From: Antedon mediterranea
Lineage: Eukaryota; Animalia; Echinodermata
Direction of reading: 5' to 3'
DNA length: 64,000 bases
Assembly: GCF_964355755.1 (NCBI RefSeq)
Contig: NC_092678.1
Span: forward strand, 7,766,422 to 7,830,421
Part shown: positions 1 to 12,871 of the stretch, piece by piece
Layout: every line of letters starts with the position of its first letter
Numbering within the stretch: position 1 is the stretch's first letter
The notes under the pieces: generated by a model
Databases searched by the model: none
Told to the model about the DNA's origin: nothing
Seen by the model: the letters and a program-made list of their open reading frames with translations, nothing else
Position numbers and translations under genes: made by a program

Positions 1-1108
1 CGTTAACAAATATAACAATTATTATTACTTTGAGAAAGCAGAAGCTCAATTATACGGATAAAAAGCAAATAATTACTAAATGTATATTTAAATAATCCAA
101 CTTTGTCATTTATAAACGTGAGGATTTCAAGCCGATTGTAATCACAGCATTGTTGTCAATGCATTATATAGATTAATTTGACACTGGGTTTAATAATTAA
201 CAGGTTTAATAATAAGATACATATTTTCGTCATCAATGCAATCAGTGGGATACATTCCTCATCATCAAATCCAATAAACATGTCAATCTACAAGATGACA
301 TTTAAATAAGATTCCAAGGTCAAGCATGCAGCATTGTTTATACAAAAGGAATTGGAATACGTTAACAAAAATCTATCTTAATGATTGTGTCAGTCCGTAG
401 TTTTAATTTAATGTAATTTGTGATAATGTTGAATATAATCATGAAAGACTTCTCTGATATAATCATTTACGGTAAGCCTATTTACCCTACTAAACTTTCT
501 CTCGATAATAAAACGTGTTTTCTTGCTTGGTGCGTGAAGTGCATTTAAATCAAATCACCACTTTATTACTTTGTAAGTTACATTAGTGAGAGAGAAAAGT
601 AAAATACAACATAATGGATCTTATGCGTTGAATGGGGAGTTGAAACATATCAAAATGTCTTAAAGAAACGAGGCGGACAATCAGGCTTTTAACGAATGGA
701 AATATCACACAATACAACATTTGTTTTAGCTACTGTTTTAAAATGAATTTTATTCAATTATTCCACTGATTCCATTTTGAATCGATAAAGGCTAGGCCAT
801 TCAAATAGGCAGTGTTTGGATTTCAACCGCGGAATAGAAAAGTTATACACGGAACATAAGCTACATAGCACTACATTCTCAAAATGTTAACAATGCTGGA
901 CGTGCAATCGAACCATTTAGTAGTAATGATGATTTGAATGTGAATTGAATTTTAATAATATTTAATGAGTATGAGAATATGACTGCTCTTTTAATGAGGA
1001 TGAGATACAGTCATGTCTCGAACCCATGCCTCTCACACCTAGCCGTTCACTCACATTATATCATATTAGGCCTACATTCTCTCCACTTATCTCTGTATTT
1101 GCTGTTTC

Positions 1109-1538
1109 AAAAATGAAACATCAAATTTTCTTTAAATAGAAACACAAAATTAAAACCATAAAAACAGAAAAAAGTTTGTAGCTCTTTTGCTAGTCACTAG
1201 TGGAATAAATAATATTTCAATCCTCAATGTAGATTTAAGCAGCTATTCCCTTTCATTGCCAGTTGGGCGTGACTTCCCCTCCTTTCAAGACTGCCTCTTT
1301 AGTAGTTTCTCTGGCAGTGCGTTCAATCTCTTCCCAAATCAGCCTCCTAACTCCGCTGCAATAGTTTAGGAATGGATCTATCGGATCCATGACAAGTGGT
1401 GTATCTTCAAGACTGAAAACAAAAATGAAACATCAACTTTTCTTTAAATAGAAACACAAAATTAAAACCATAAAAACAGAAAAAAGTTTTTAGCTCTTTT
1501 GCTGAGTCACTAGTGGAATAAATAATATTTCAATCATC
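1109..1538 (+). repeat. ~115-bp direct repeat pair flanking the last OAS-like exon
   Basis: aaaaatgaaacatcaa...ggaataaataatatttcaatc occurs at ~1109-1222 and ~1421-1535 with few differences. Confidence 0.9.
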
Positions 1539-4500
1539 ATTTATTTGTAAACGTTTATAATTTTCAGCTGAATTATGTCTCTTAATCCGCATCTGGGGCT
1601 AAGAGATTGGATTGGCACTACGTCACAAAGGCGTCTTACTGAGAATTGATGAATTCAACAATCAGTGGAAACAAAATGTCCATTTACTTATTTAACTGCA
1701 TATAATATAAATAAATGCTTTGCATTTAGAGAAATAAGATAAACTAAAAACAATACAAGGTAAACTTGCTCGACAGGAAAAAAGATCTTCGTACTGTTGT
1801 TCAACAGCCTAATAGCTTGCTAATCGAAGCTGTTACTCAACCTACTTGTACGAGAAATGATGTTCTACGAATTACGAGAAAAAGGTTCGCCCTTTAAAAC
1901 TAAGTAGGCCTATCTCCAGATTTTACCAGTTATGGCAATAACGAAAACCGTATCATAACTATAGTTTAGACATCAGCAAAGTTTGGCACGTACCTATATC
2001 ACGCACCGCAAGAACGTGCACGAAACGCACGTTATTCTCTAGCATCACAAGCAAAAAAAAATGGTCGCTTGTGATTGGCCTAGAACGAGGTTTAACAATT
2101 TCTACCATACTCCTTCATAAAGGAATGTTACGCCTATAAATTTGTGATTCTAAAATAAGTTTGATAAAAAGAAGCTATTTTAAAGATAATCTTACCAAAT
2201 ATGCAAATTATGTTTCGCCACTTCTTCCATAATGTTTTTGTCGTATCGACCATACTGAGTTCCACCCCAAATAACTTGTAAACTCGCCCAATCTCCAAGC
2301 GTCTTCATTACATCAAAAAATCCTTTACGGATGTCAAACTCGGAGGGGCATCCAGCCTTGCACCAGCGATGCAATGTTACCAGATCAAACAATTCTGGTT
2401 TAGGCTCTCTACTGCGAAGCGAAAGCTTGGTCGTCTGCCACACTTTGACCAATCGTATTAAGTCGTGTAGATAAACTGGTGTTTTCTTAATTAAATTAGA
2501 TTGCATTTCTAGTATGGTTGCGTTGTAAGGGGAACGATCAGAAACTGTAATGAACTTTCGGTAAAATGTGCCGATGTTTGCTAAAGAAAATAAAATAGCG
2601 ATAATAATATTATGTCTCATACTATATGTATTTTACAACTTGTTTATACACATTTTACCTTTTTTGTTATGACCTATTTCTTTTTTAATGTTTGAACTGA
2701 CAATTTTCCTCTTCTGAAGTTTTTACCAATTTTCTCCATTTCAACTTGTATAGTATAGGACTTACTGCTTGTTTTCTTATCTTGCATTTATCTTGTTTGT
2801 TGACAATGATTTTGATCAAAATAAATGAATGAAAGAAAAGACATGTGTATACAATGCAGAGTTGCTGAGGGTATAACCTTGATTTTCATATAAATTATGG
2901 ACTACAATTTTCGGTATAACAATTTAAGGATAATCTGATCTTAAACATTGTACATAATAAACAAATTGGAATTGGAGTGACGATGAATTATGCACAAAAG
3001 TTGAACGCAACAATTAAATGTATCGTTTTAAAAATGAAACACTCATCTTTCATTAATCTTTCATTTAAGGATTATGAAAAGAAATAGGCCTAATGTATTA
3101 ATTTCTATTAAAAGCTTGCATTAATATTTTTAAGTAGGCTTAAACATTTTTACTAAATTACCAAAAAGAGTGCCATTTCTTAGGTAAGCGATGTTTCAAT
3201 CATGAATTATTCATTATTTTATATTCTTCTCTTATTGAAAATGAGTGTGACGTAAGAATTGATCGGACTGACAATTAGCTACTGAAGCCTTCTGTGTGGT
3301 TTACGTACTGATCTAGCTACATGACCCTTTGTTCAACACATTTTCGACGATCGCTGGAGCACGCTGTACCGCTAGTTCCGACTTTTAGCAGGAAGTAGCT
3401 GCTAAACGTACGTAATCCACCACTCGGAATATTGACACACGTTTTTCCCGAATATTTTGCGCGGATAGTACGCGTGCAAGGGTAGATGTTTTCTGGATGG
3501 TACTGTAGTGAGAGAGATAAGTTATAGAGGATTAGGTTTGGTTCAGAACTTAGAAAATATAGGTTCACGGTCACAAATAATGAACAATTTAGGATTTCTG
3601 CATCGCTTACCTACAGAAAATGAAAGCAATCGCGAAGGTCAAGTGGACGATTTGCGTTACACACTTGACGTACCTTGAGTTGGATTGTTGCCAAGCAAAT
3701 CGACAGTAGGAAAAACTGTACACGTGATCATGTCATCACACGTCGGCAAATACACTGTTAAACAATCTTGGGCGTTTTTCATGCCCAATCTGTATTTATC
3801 ATTCAGACATTCCCGCAATTCATTCACAATAGATGGTAGTCTTTTTGAGTGGTCTTCAATCGCTCGGAAGTCAGTGATATATAGAAGAAGATCGATAAAT
3901 ATATCATCTTGTGTTGAAAGACTTTTACCCCATTCGCCAGCCTTTATTAACAGAAATAATAAATAAATAAATTATAATAAATAAATAATGATGATAAATA
4001 ATAATTGTAATTGGGGATAATTTTGAATGTGGGGTGGGTGGGGTGTTTTTTTTGTGTATAGTTTTTGTATTTGTATCGCTGGTTTGTTTAAATTTGTTTT
4101 GTAATTTTACTGTTATATATTTAGGTATATTTATTCATAAAAAGACATCAAAATACAACGGCAGCAAAAAGGCTGAAAAGTAGTATTTTACAAAATTTGA
4201 TAAAAATATATAAATACATTATGTATAAAAGGTAAAAAAATTACCACATTAAAATTGGTCCACCTGTAAGTTAAAATAGTGCCAGCCTATTCAATATTCA
4301 TCATTAATGAGTCGGACTAAAAAAGGGACTGGTGAAGATCTAAATCTTTCTGTACGACCAAACGGGATTTTGAGTAGAGGCTTACTCGCAGACCTCAGGG
4401 TTCTGCTAATGTCACGAACAGGGGGAAGAATGCTTCTAAATGTATCGGACTTTATTATTCCTTTACCAAATTTCAGTAAGAGTTGGACTCTTCTGTTAAC

Positions 4501-7500
4501 TAGCGATGGAAGGTCTGACAATTTAAGAGCAGACTCGTAGGATACATAGTTCATGCCATAAATGATTCGTAGAGCTCTTTTTTGAACTCTTTCTATTGAC
4601 TTAGTTTGGTCTTTCGTAATTGAACTGTGCCACACAGGGCATGCATATTCAACTAAAAGACGTATATAGCAAGTATATACTTGTAGTAAATCTTTAGAAG
4701 GCGCCTTGGCTTTCTTAAGTATAATCAAAGTGTACAAACGTCGACATGCTTTAGCAACGATATCATGAATATGCATCTCCCATTTAAGGTTATCCTGCAA
4801 GGTGACACCAAGCAGTTTAATGTGATTTACATTGTTATTGTGTTCTGAGGAGGTCACCCAAAATAAAAAACAAATAAGTAAATAAATAAATTGTAAATAG
4901 GCCTACAGTTATAGGCCAATATATAGGGCAAATTAATTAACTACACTATAGTTTCTAGACTCCATTTCGACTTAATATTTGTAAAAAGATAAATATTTTG
5001 GCATACATGGCGTTTCATACGTATTGTGATGGCACTAGTTACAATAAGTTTATGCATGATTAATGCATAAACGGGCAGCGATTTTTTTTTTCGTACATAA
5101 GTTGGGGACCCCCTCATGAAACGTCACAAAATAAACATGAATAATTCATCTGTTAAATTTTCTTGTTCCGTGTGCACCCAAGCGTATAGCAACAAGAAGT
5201 GATTACACAAGTGCGGTACGATTCTAGGCCTATCTCCGCTGTTGTTGCGGCCGGCGTGCGATTTCATAGAAGAATAGCGGCGTTTTGTGTGGATTGTCGA
5301 AATAATCAGCCTTTAGTTTATGGTGTTTTTAATATAATTTATTACTAAAGAATTACGTGTTAAAACTATAGTTTCTATTAATACTATTAGGTCTAATTAT
5401 TAGTCTCTAAACCCATGTCTATTCTAGTAGTAGCTGTGTGGGTGTGTGTGACGTGTGTGTGTTAGGTAGGCCTATGACCAAAGATAGTTACACTTACTAT
5501 CTTTGGTATGACACAATCCGAGTAATAAGTCAGCAAAATTAGACAATAAACATTACACAAAAATACATTTTTTATTCCCGTGGGTCAAATCTTCCCATCT
5601 CATGTGTTCATATACGCGCATTTTTAAAATTCCTTTGAGTACATGCATATTGTTTGATAATAAAATAGCAGAATTAAAAAAATACAGTACACAAATTATA
5701 CACATTCTTTATTCTTGTGGGTCTAAGCTTTCTTTGGGCTATGTCCAATGAATTACTACTTAGTTTAATGTCTTGCCTAGCTGTCGATTAGCCTCGACTC
5801 GACACATTTCCTGTGAAGAAGAGTGCGCGAAGGCAATCACGTGAATTGACTTGGAATCCTAGGCCTGCTGTAGAAAGTATCGTATCGCAGTTGTGTAATC
5901 ACTTCTTGTTGCTATACGCTTGGGTGCACACGGAACAACAAATTTAACTGATGAATTATTCATGTTTATTTTGTGACGTTTCATGAAGGGGTCCCCAACT
6001 TATGTACGAAAAAAAAAATCGCAAACGGGCATAAATAAGGAGAAAGATTTGGACTCGTGGTTCATTGTTGAGTTGGATTACTATTTTCAGACTAGGCCTA
6101 GGCTTAAGAAAAATACAAAAGGATGAAAATAAGTAAAGTGTATAGGCTAAAACACCCTTCTGAGATTCATAGATTGTATTTCCTAGATAATACTTATAAT
6201 AGCTCATTCTAAATTAATCTTTTTTTGGTAGATAATTGTAATGCAATTTTAGATTAGCATTTTATGAACATGATTAGGGTTGAATTCAAAATACACGGTT
6301 TTGTTTTGTATGCGTGTGGGTGCGTGTGTGTAGGCCTACGTGTCGCTTGGCTTTTTGATGAGTTAGTTACACCTACGCAACTTTTAATTCCAGATTCAAA
6401 TTATCGGTACTCTACTTAATGTACTGATGTAAATGAATTCTCAATAATGATGTTTGAAGGCTACTGTATATAGCCTACATAGCATCACGCTTACATAATA
6501 ATACTTTACCGACTTAAATTTTAAAGATAAGATATGATCGATATTGCGTGCGTGAATAATAAGTAATAAACACATTAAAATGAGTAAAACGTGGTAAAAA
6601 ATTCGAGAACTGATGAGAATCTACATAACTGTATTTTAAAGGCTGCTTGTGTTTGTGTATATTTTAGAGAATATTAAAACGTAAAAGATGTATTGTCTCC
6701 CTGAAAAAAATTGTCATAATAGTTATCCACTTGGACCAAAAATTAGATCGAAAATAAATGTTACCTGAAAAAACTGTAGGGCCTAACTTAAAGCAAAAAT
6801 AGTCAAATTGGCTGCCAGCAATGGGTTTTGGTTGAATTTAACAGTCTATTTTATCATTTTTTATAAGTGAAAACATTTTTTTATTGTTTTTTCCTCGTGG
6901 AAGTGATTGACTTTATTCAAAATAACCTATTCAAATTTTGATTTAATTAATCAATACTCTTTAAAGGTTGTTGGAGAATAGATCTAAGCTTATTTTTACT
7001 ACTGCAATTTAGGGTTCAATATTTGCGAAAAAGTTATCTGTCATCTTTTATTCTTTTGTTGTGTTTTGTCTTCTTTTAGGGAATACTGTAACGTTAACGT
7101 GTAAAGATCTGTTACACAAGTTTGCTTTATTGATAGGCCTTAATGCGTGTCTGTATTTGAGTGTTTACAGTAACACATACCCTATCTGAAGATATTTGCC
7201 TGTTTTTTTTGTTTATACAGTATTTCATTTGAGCGTTTAGATAAATTAAACGTAAGGTATTTTCTGTCACTTGAGGGTTTAGAAACCTAAACGTCCACCA
7301 TTATTACGGTACTGTGTTTCTTCAATGTGTTCTATCACTTTTAAATTGGAGAAAACCATGTAGCCTACAATGGGACGTTACTTAAGTTTGTTCATTAGAT
7401 TAAATATTTTTATTATTGGTTAAAATCATGTTGTTTTTCATAGGGACAATCAAACACCTTTTTCCTTTTCCAAGATATGTTTTTCATTTGTAGAAAATAA

Positions 7501-8423
7501 TTATGCGTAACCTAGATAGCTACTAAAAACTGTTTGTGACGTCACACTGCAGATATATTACGTTGGCGATAATTTAGATTTAAGACATGATTACAATTAC
7601 TATTATCATTCCATTCAGCAACCTAGTTTGCTTGCAATCGATCTGGCACTGTGCAAGGCTCAGCGAATGATTTGTAATTAGGCAAGTTTGACGGAAAGTA
7701 GATATATCATTGTTTCGGAAATGTCATAAAGATGATGAAGCAATTTGCTTTAATAAATCGATTCTATTTGAATGACGTTCTTTCACCTACCGTACTAATA
7801 ATACTGACTTGACAGAGTATTTAAAATTAATTAATCACAAATATGTAGGTCTCTTGCAAGCAAAGATAGAGAATATGTCATTTCTAAATACTGTATAGTG
7901 ACTTACATTGTTTTTATCATACTTAGAGCAAAATGAAATAAAAACGGGACTAGCCCAAAAGACTTTATACAGATTACGCAGCTATCAAATAGAAAGTCTT
8001 TTTTTGTGAAGCATGAGCAGAATGATTTTTTATACTCAATAGTTGCGTAGTCACAAAAAATCACTATTGGTGAGGATACAGAAAAAAAGTTTAAACAGGG
8101 TAATTTCATTCTTTCCTGGTTTGAGGTAGTGGTGGACTTTGATTTAGGGGAAGATGTGACGAGGAGAGTTCAAAATTCCTGAACTTAACATATGTCCTAT
8201 CTTTTGTATTGCAAGGCCGTCCCTCTCCACTTCTCTGTATACTCTTATAGTGAGGTACACTTACCACTCCTACTCGGCCTACCGTCACAGTCAATTTCTT
8301 CTTCATATACCCAACGAGAGATTCAATGGCATCATTCACTTCCTTAGTAGCAGATTTGGTTGGACGAAGCTCTTTAATAAAATGGCTCAAATCGCAAGGT
8401 GCTAAATTCCAAGGTGTCTCCAT
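1253..8423 (-). CDS. 2'-5'-oligoadenylate synthetase (OAS)-like protein, 323 aa, predicted catalytically inactive; 4 coding exons
   Basis: Exons (minus) 8423-8265, 3941-3674, 2580-2196, 1412-1253; GT-AG introns with phases 0,1,2; total 972 nt ending in TGA. OAS-like motifs: FIKELRP, RVGV|AGEWGKS (cf. VVK|GGSSGKGT, same phase-0 intron position), IDLLLY, VFPTVDLLG, LEMQSNLIK..LHDLIRLVKVW (cf. ELQRDFLK..LKSLIRLVKHW) and PLVMDPIDPFLN (cf. PVILDPADPTGN). A probable 5' UTR exon ends at the donor at 9003. Confidence 0.88.
3183..3611. mobile_element. Non-autonomous TIR element (MITE) with TA flanks
   Basis: TA|GGTAAGCGATG at 3181 and CATCGCTTACC|TA at 3601-3613. Confidence 0.7.
3955..4845 (-). mobile_element. 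5'-truncated LINE (CR1/L2-like): ORF2 C-terminus, 3' UTR and simple-repeat tail
   Basis: ORF 4857-4291: KLLGVTLQDNLKWEMHI...YTCYIRLLVEYACPVWH...IERVQKRALRII...RTERFRSSPVP, typical of the end of a non-LTR ORF2. AT-rich tail near 3955-4005. Lies in the OAS-like intron. Confidence 0.9.
5078..6022. mobile_element. Mutator (MULE)-like non-autonomous element, ~140-bp TIRs, 9-bp TSD
   Basis: TIRs 5078-~5220 and ~5880-6022; perfect 9-bp duplication AAACGGGCA at 5069-5077 and 6023-6031. Confidence 0.88.
6686..6986. mobile_element. Degenerate copy of the TTAA-flanked MITE family (see 13148-13484)
   Basis: Begins AGATGTATTGTCTCCCTGAAAAA and aligns by eye over ~300 bp with 13148-13484. Confidence 0.75.
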
Positions 8424-10429
8424 ACCTATAAAATATAGATCCATGAATGCTTAGGCCTACTCATCATTAAACACTTTTGAAATGATTGAGTGTGGTCGTT
8501 AAGATAGGTCTTATTATGGGGTAAAAATGTTGAGCGAACGTTGATTTTTTTTGCCACCCCACTGAAAGATGCAATTCTGCCATAGACTTTTGACGGATCC
8601 AGGTATAAACAAGATACGTTTAACAAAAATGTTTATGAACTGAAGAAGAATCAAATATAGGCTTTAATTTAGCAGCAATTCATTTACTTAATTAAGCCCT
8701 ATTTGAAAATCCATGCCTAATGGGCGTTATTTTGTGATGTCAATATTGATCAAGGCAATTGTATTATAATTTTATACTAAAACGCCTTTTTTTAAACAAC
8801 ATGCTTATTCTTTTGCCTGTGATCACTTCCTTCCTTTTCACTTCATTCCTTCCTTCACTACACAGCTATTTAGCTGAACCCGGTCCTAAAAATGAAGGGG
8901 ATTAATCCTGAATAAACTCCCTATCTATCGTTTATGTCCAACGTTTCTTAGAATGAGTAAGCTAGATTAAAAAGTTTAAAAATATGAATTAATTAAACTC
9001 ACCAAAAAATCGTAAAGCCTCAATCTCGTATTGGAAGAACCTACGACAGTATGGTGGTTGATTGTAACCTATTAAATCAGTAGGAACTGTAGCTTCGTCG
9101 AAACTCTTCTGACTGGCCTTGTTATCTCACATTTTAGATAAGTCGGATTCATTATTGATAATACTGATATTCGGTAAACACATTTTATTGACTTTTGTTT
9201 ATTTAGTTCGTGGGGGTTATCCACAAAATTATTATTTCCGTCTCTCAGCCATATATAAATAAAAAGGAATCATAGGTTGAATCAGTGTTAAAAATGATAG
9301 CACAAAAGTCGTTGAACTGTTGGTAAAAGGTGGTAGACATATCGACTCTAATGGCGGTTTAAGTAGGCCCAAGAAATATACACGTTGATCGTGCAATTTT
9401 AGGTTGGGTGTACAGCATCTGTTTGCCGAAATTCTTGTATTTAAACATTAGCATTGTTAGCATAATTCAACCAGAAAAGTGATCATTTTTGTTAGCAAAA
9501 CTATCCACGCCAAGGAGGGCTACCTTCAATCTGGTAAAGCTCCTAATCATCGTCATATTATGGGAAAAATGTCGTTCAACGGCAAATAAGATGGCCTGGA
9601 ATTCCGCCACTAATATCTTCTGTTTTATCTACTTAATACTCAACGGTTCGTTGTCGTTTTAAGAAGAAATCAGAAAACTGCTTCAACCGGTCATCTGTAT
9701 CTGGATATGCAAATGACATGGGGTTGGCTCGCGTTGAAGAATGATATGGTGCACTGATGGAATGAAGATAATGTGGGGATCAGGTCCCTGGTACAGAAGA
9801 CAGTTACCGGTATGGACATAATTCGGAATTCATTAAATAGCGAAACTGGAAACTTTAAGTTGGTCGATCTGTGGCTGCTTAGGCCTGATGTATGTTCTGT
9901 GAATCGCGCAGCTTATTAACCCCATGATTTTCTTGGTACCTAGCTAACTTGCAAAAATGTATCCATGGTCTTCCACCGGAAAGGCAATAAGGGTGTGTTT
10001 CCATACCTGCTCTCTTACGCTTATAAATATATTTAGTAGGGTAGTTTGGTTCTTCTTGATACGATAATATCAGTCAAAATCACTCAACTACAATTAAATT
10101 TTTGCTAAATATTTAATCATTTTGTCATCGTTTAGATGATTTCCTTTTAAAAAAAGTAGGCATAGCGACCTTTCACGCCGTGCCACGCAACTACGTAAAG
10201 CACACTCAGACGCATAAACATGCACAGAATGACTATTAGACTCAATAGCTGCGTGGTCGCATGACAAATTGCGAGACTAAAGGTCAACTTAAACTACTGT
10301 TATTATTTGTGGTATATTTATTTTGAGATAGCGTACCAGTAGCGATCACACCTCGAGTTTGTAAAAATTCAAATGAAACTCTGAAACCATATTTTTAACT
10401 TGATGTGTTACTTTTTGTTACTCTATATA

Positions 10430-10610
10430 ATATATATATATAAACCGGGCGGTTTAGAATTAATGTTCTTTGCCTGATTTGTTTATAATAGGCCTATATA
10501 ATATATATAGTTTCAAATTAATTAATTAAATTTCAGTATATCACCGGGCGGTTTAGAATTAATGTTCTTTGCCTGATGTGTTTATATATATATATATATA
10601 TATTATATAA
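10430..10610 (+). repeat. Two ~44-bp direct repeats embedded in (TA)n
   Basis: accgggcggtttagaattaatgttctttgcctgat(t/g)tgtttata at ~10444 and ~10543, with TA dinucleotide runs around them. Confidence 0.85.
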
Positions 10611-10708
10611 CTCTAGGCATAACAGTTGACTTGTTCAGTTAATCAGCAAAAAAAATCGGATGTATATCAAATACAATTTATACGTGGCCGCCTAAAAGGT
10701 AGATCATA

Positions 10709-10863
10709 ACTTGGTTCCCACTAGGACGTAACGCAACGCAAGCGTGTTGACCAATGACAAGTGGCAGTTGGTCAACTCACTTACGTCCTTACGTTGCGTC
10801 TCTAGTGGGAACCAAGTTTTAGGTTGCGTTACGTCCTTGGGTTGCGTCTCTAGTTGGAACCAA
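10709..10863. mobile_element. MITE, GGTTCCCACTAG family, with duplicated right end
   Basis: cttggttcccactag ... ctagtgggaaccaag, then a second degenerate right end ctagttggaaccaa; same family as 12576-12755. Confidence 0.75.
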
Positions 10864-11679
10864 TTTGTTTGTTTTTTTTATTCGGTACTCAAGAAATACA
10901 ACAAAAATACCAGGATTGCCCATAAAGCTGAAACAGCTTAATTCCAATGGGGTCCTTTAAACAAGCAAGTTAGATAATAATGTGTACATTATAAATGCAT
11001 ACTAATACAATAAACAGAGACATCCATATACAATATAGCATTAGTTTAAGTTCAGAATTTAATTGTACAATATTGTAGCCATTTGAAAGCCCGCCACTGT
11101 GTAATAAACATCTACGTACATTCAACAAACAACATCCAATCACACTACACAATTTATTTTAAATGGATCAGAACATTAATCTTAATTTGATATCTGTTCT
11201 TATTGTAACAAATAACAAAGAACGATCATACATATACCGTTTAACACATATTCACAACCTTATACTTAACAACATTACTGCCAAGCTAGTAGTAGAACAA
11301 TGTAGGCCTACGATACTGCCTGACATAAAAAAATACGTATTTCATAATAAGATTATATCTTTAGGCCTACAATACCGTACTCAATATCAAATTCCTGTGT
11401 TTTTCAAAGATTAGAAAATTGTTTCAACATTGAAAGTATACTGTGCTTTAGCACGAAAATGCTATGTCATAATAAAATATAAATTGATAAAATACAGTAG
11501 TTCTTAATAGATAAAATAAAACCCTTTCTTCTTTGTTATAATATGTAAACGTATATGAAATATCCAAGCACCATTGTACACATATACAGTACTATAAACA
11601 GAGTATAATAACAGAGTAATAATCATAAATATATATTTATTGTACATGATTATTCACAAAACATATGTATATATACATT

Positions 11680-12871
11680 TTATTCTCTCATTATCACACG
11701 ATTAGCTAAGGTTAGTGGAACACTTGAACTACAAGCGACCCTAACATCACTTGTTTTCAACATAGCTCTGTTTTCTCGTCTGATTCTATTTATATTTGGC
11801 CGCGTCTTGTTCTTCAAGAAGCCCGCGTTGCCAACTTTGTGAACGCCGACTAACGGATCGTGTCCACTTAAGGTAACCAGATCACCTTGCCTATTGCTAA
11901 TGAAAGTACCACTATGCAGAATAATTTCGGGTGAGACGCAGGCACTGTGCGGGCGTTGCGGTACGGGTGACACGGGCGTGACGACACTGTCTTTTCGGCA
12001 CGGGCACATCCTGACGGCTTCTTCATCTAGATCCAATTTCAGACCATTACCACTGCCGCACAAGGTACAAGTGTGGGCCCATGTGCCATTTATAGCGTTG
12101 CCTGTGATGAAATGTGTGAAGGCGATTAGTTATTAGCATGCGAAAATGAAAGTTTGTTTAAAGTGAAGACAGATTGGAAATACAGTGTGTGAAAGCTATG
12201 CAACAAAAAATGAATGATAACGAAAAAAAGTAAAGCTTCTTTCCCACATGTAACACATGCGCAAAGGAACTTTTGACCAATCACAAACGACAGTTCGAAT
12301 GATCAGTGCCTTGTAATTAACTGTGTTGCGTTCTAATGTGGAAAAGTGTAAGGTATAATGTAATTAAATGATCATAAATAAAAGCCTAGGGTAAAAAGTA
12401 TTGACAAATTTAGGAAAGCATGCAATTGGTGCTTTTAACTGAACTGGATAGAGACTATGTCCGTCTATGCTTAGTTATTTACCCAGATAAGGAGTAGGTT
12501 TCATGGGCACTTATGTAGGAAGAACCAACTTACTCGGGTAAATAACTAAGTATGAACGGCCTGTATAATTAGTAAAGCGTGGTTCCCACTAGCGACGCAA
12601 CATAACGACGTAACGCAACGCAAGTGAATTGACCAATCACAAGCGATGGCTTATTCGCTTGTGATTGCTAACTGTCTATAACTTCGCTTGTCATTGGTTA
12701 AAACGCTTGTGTTGCGTTTTACGTTCTAGCGTTACGTTCTAGTGGGAACCAAGCTTAAGTGTTTAACAAACAGCATGAGGTAAGTGTTTAACATACAGCG
12801 TGAGTCATGATTGCTATCTCGGTGTGGGCTGCTTGAACGTGTAGCTTGGATCGACGTATGTGAAGCTGATG
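11680..12871 (-). CDS. Candidate alternative 3' coding exons of the TTLL3-like gene (12871-12797 and 12101-11680)
   Basis: Both exons have GT-AG sites and begin in phase 1, matching an internal phase-1 donor at 16176. The last exon is open for 140 codons to TAA and encodes HTCTLCGSG...RMCPCRK. Confidence 0.55.
12576..12755. mobile_element. PIF/Harbinger-like MITE (TAA TSD)
   Basis: TAA|AGCGTGGTTCCCACTAG ... CTAGTGGGAACCAAGCT|TAA; family copies at ~10709, 19513-19719, 25882-26041 and a fragment at ~37153. Confidence 0.8.

Noticed and set aside
3541-3610. Apparent extra OAS exon after an AG at 3612-3611
   Set aside because: Hits TGA after 22 codons and lies inside a MITE; exon 3674 joins 2580 in phase without it.
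8106-8444. Track ORF of 112 aa as a complete protein
   Set aside because: Only 8423-8265 is exon; the rest is intron read-through beyond clear splice sites.
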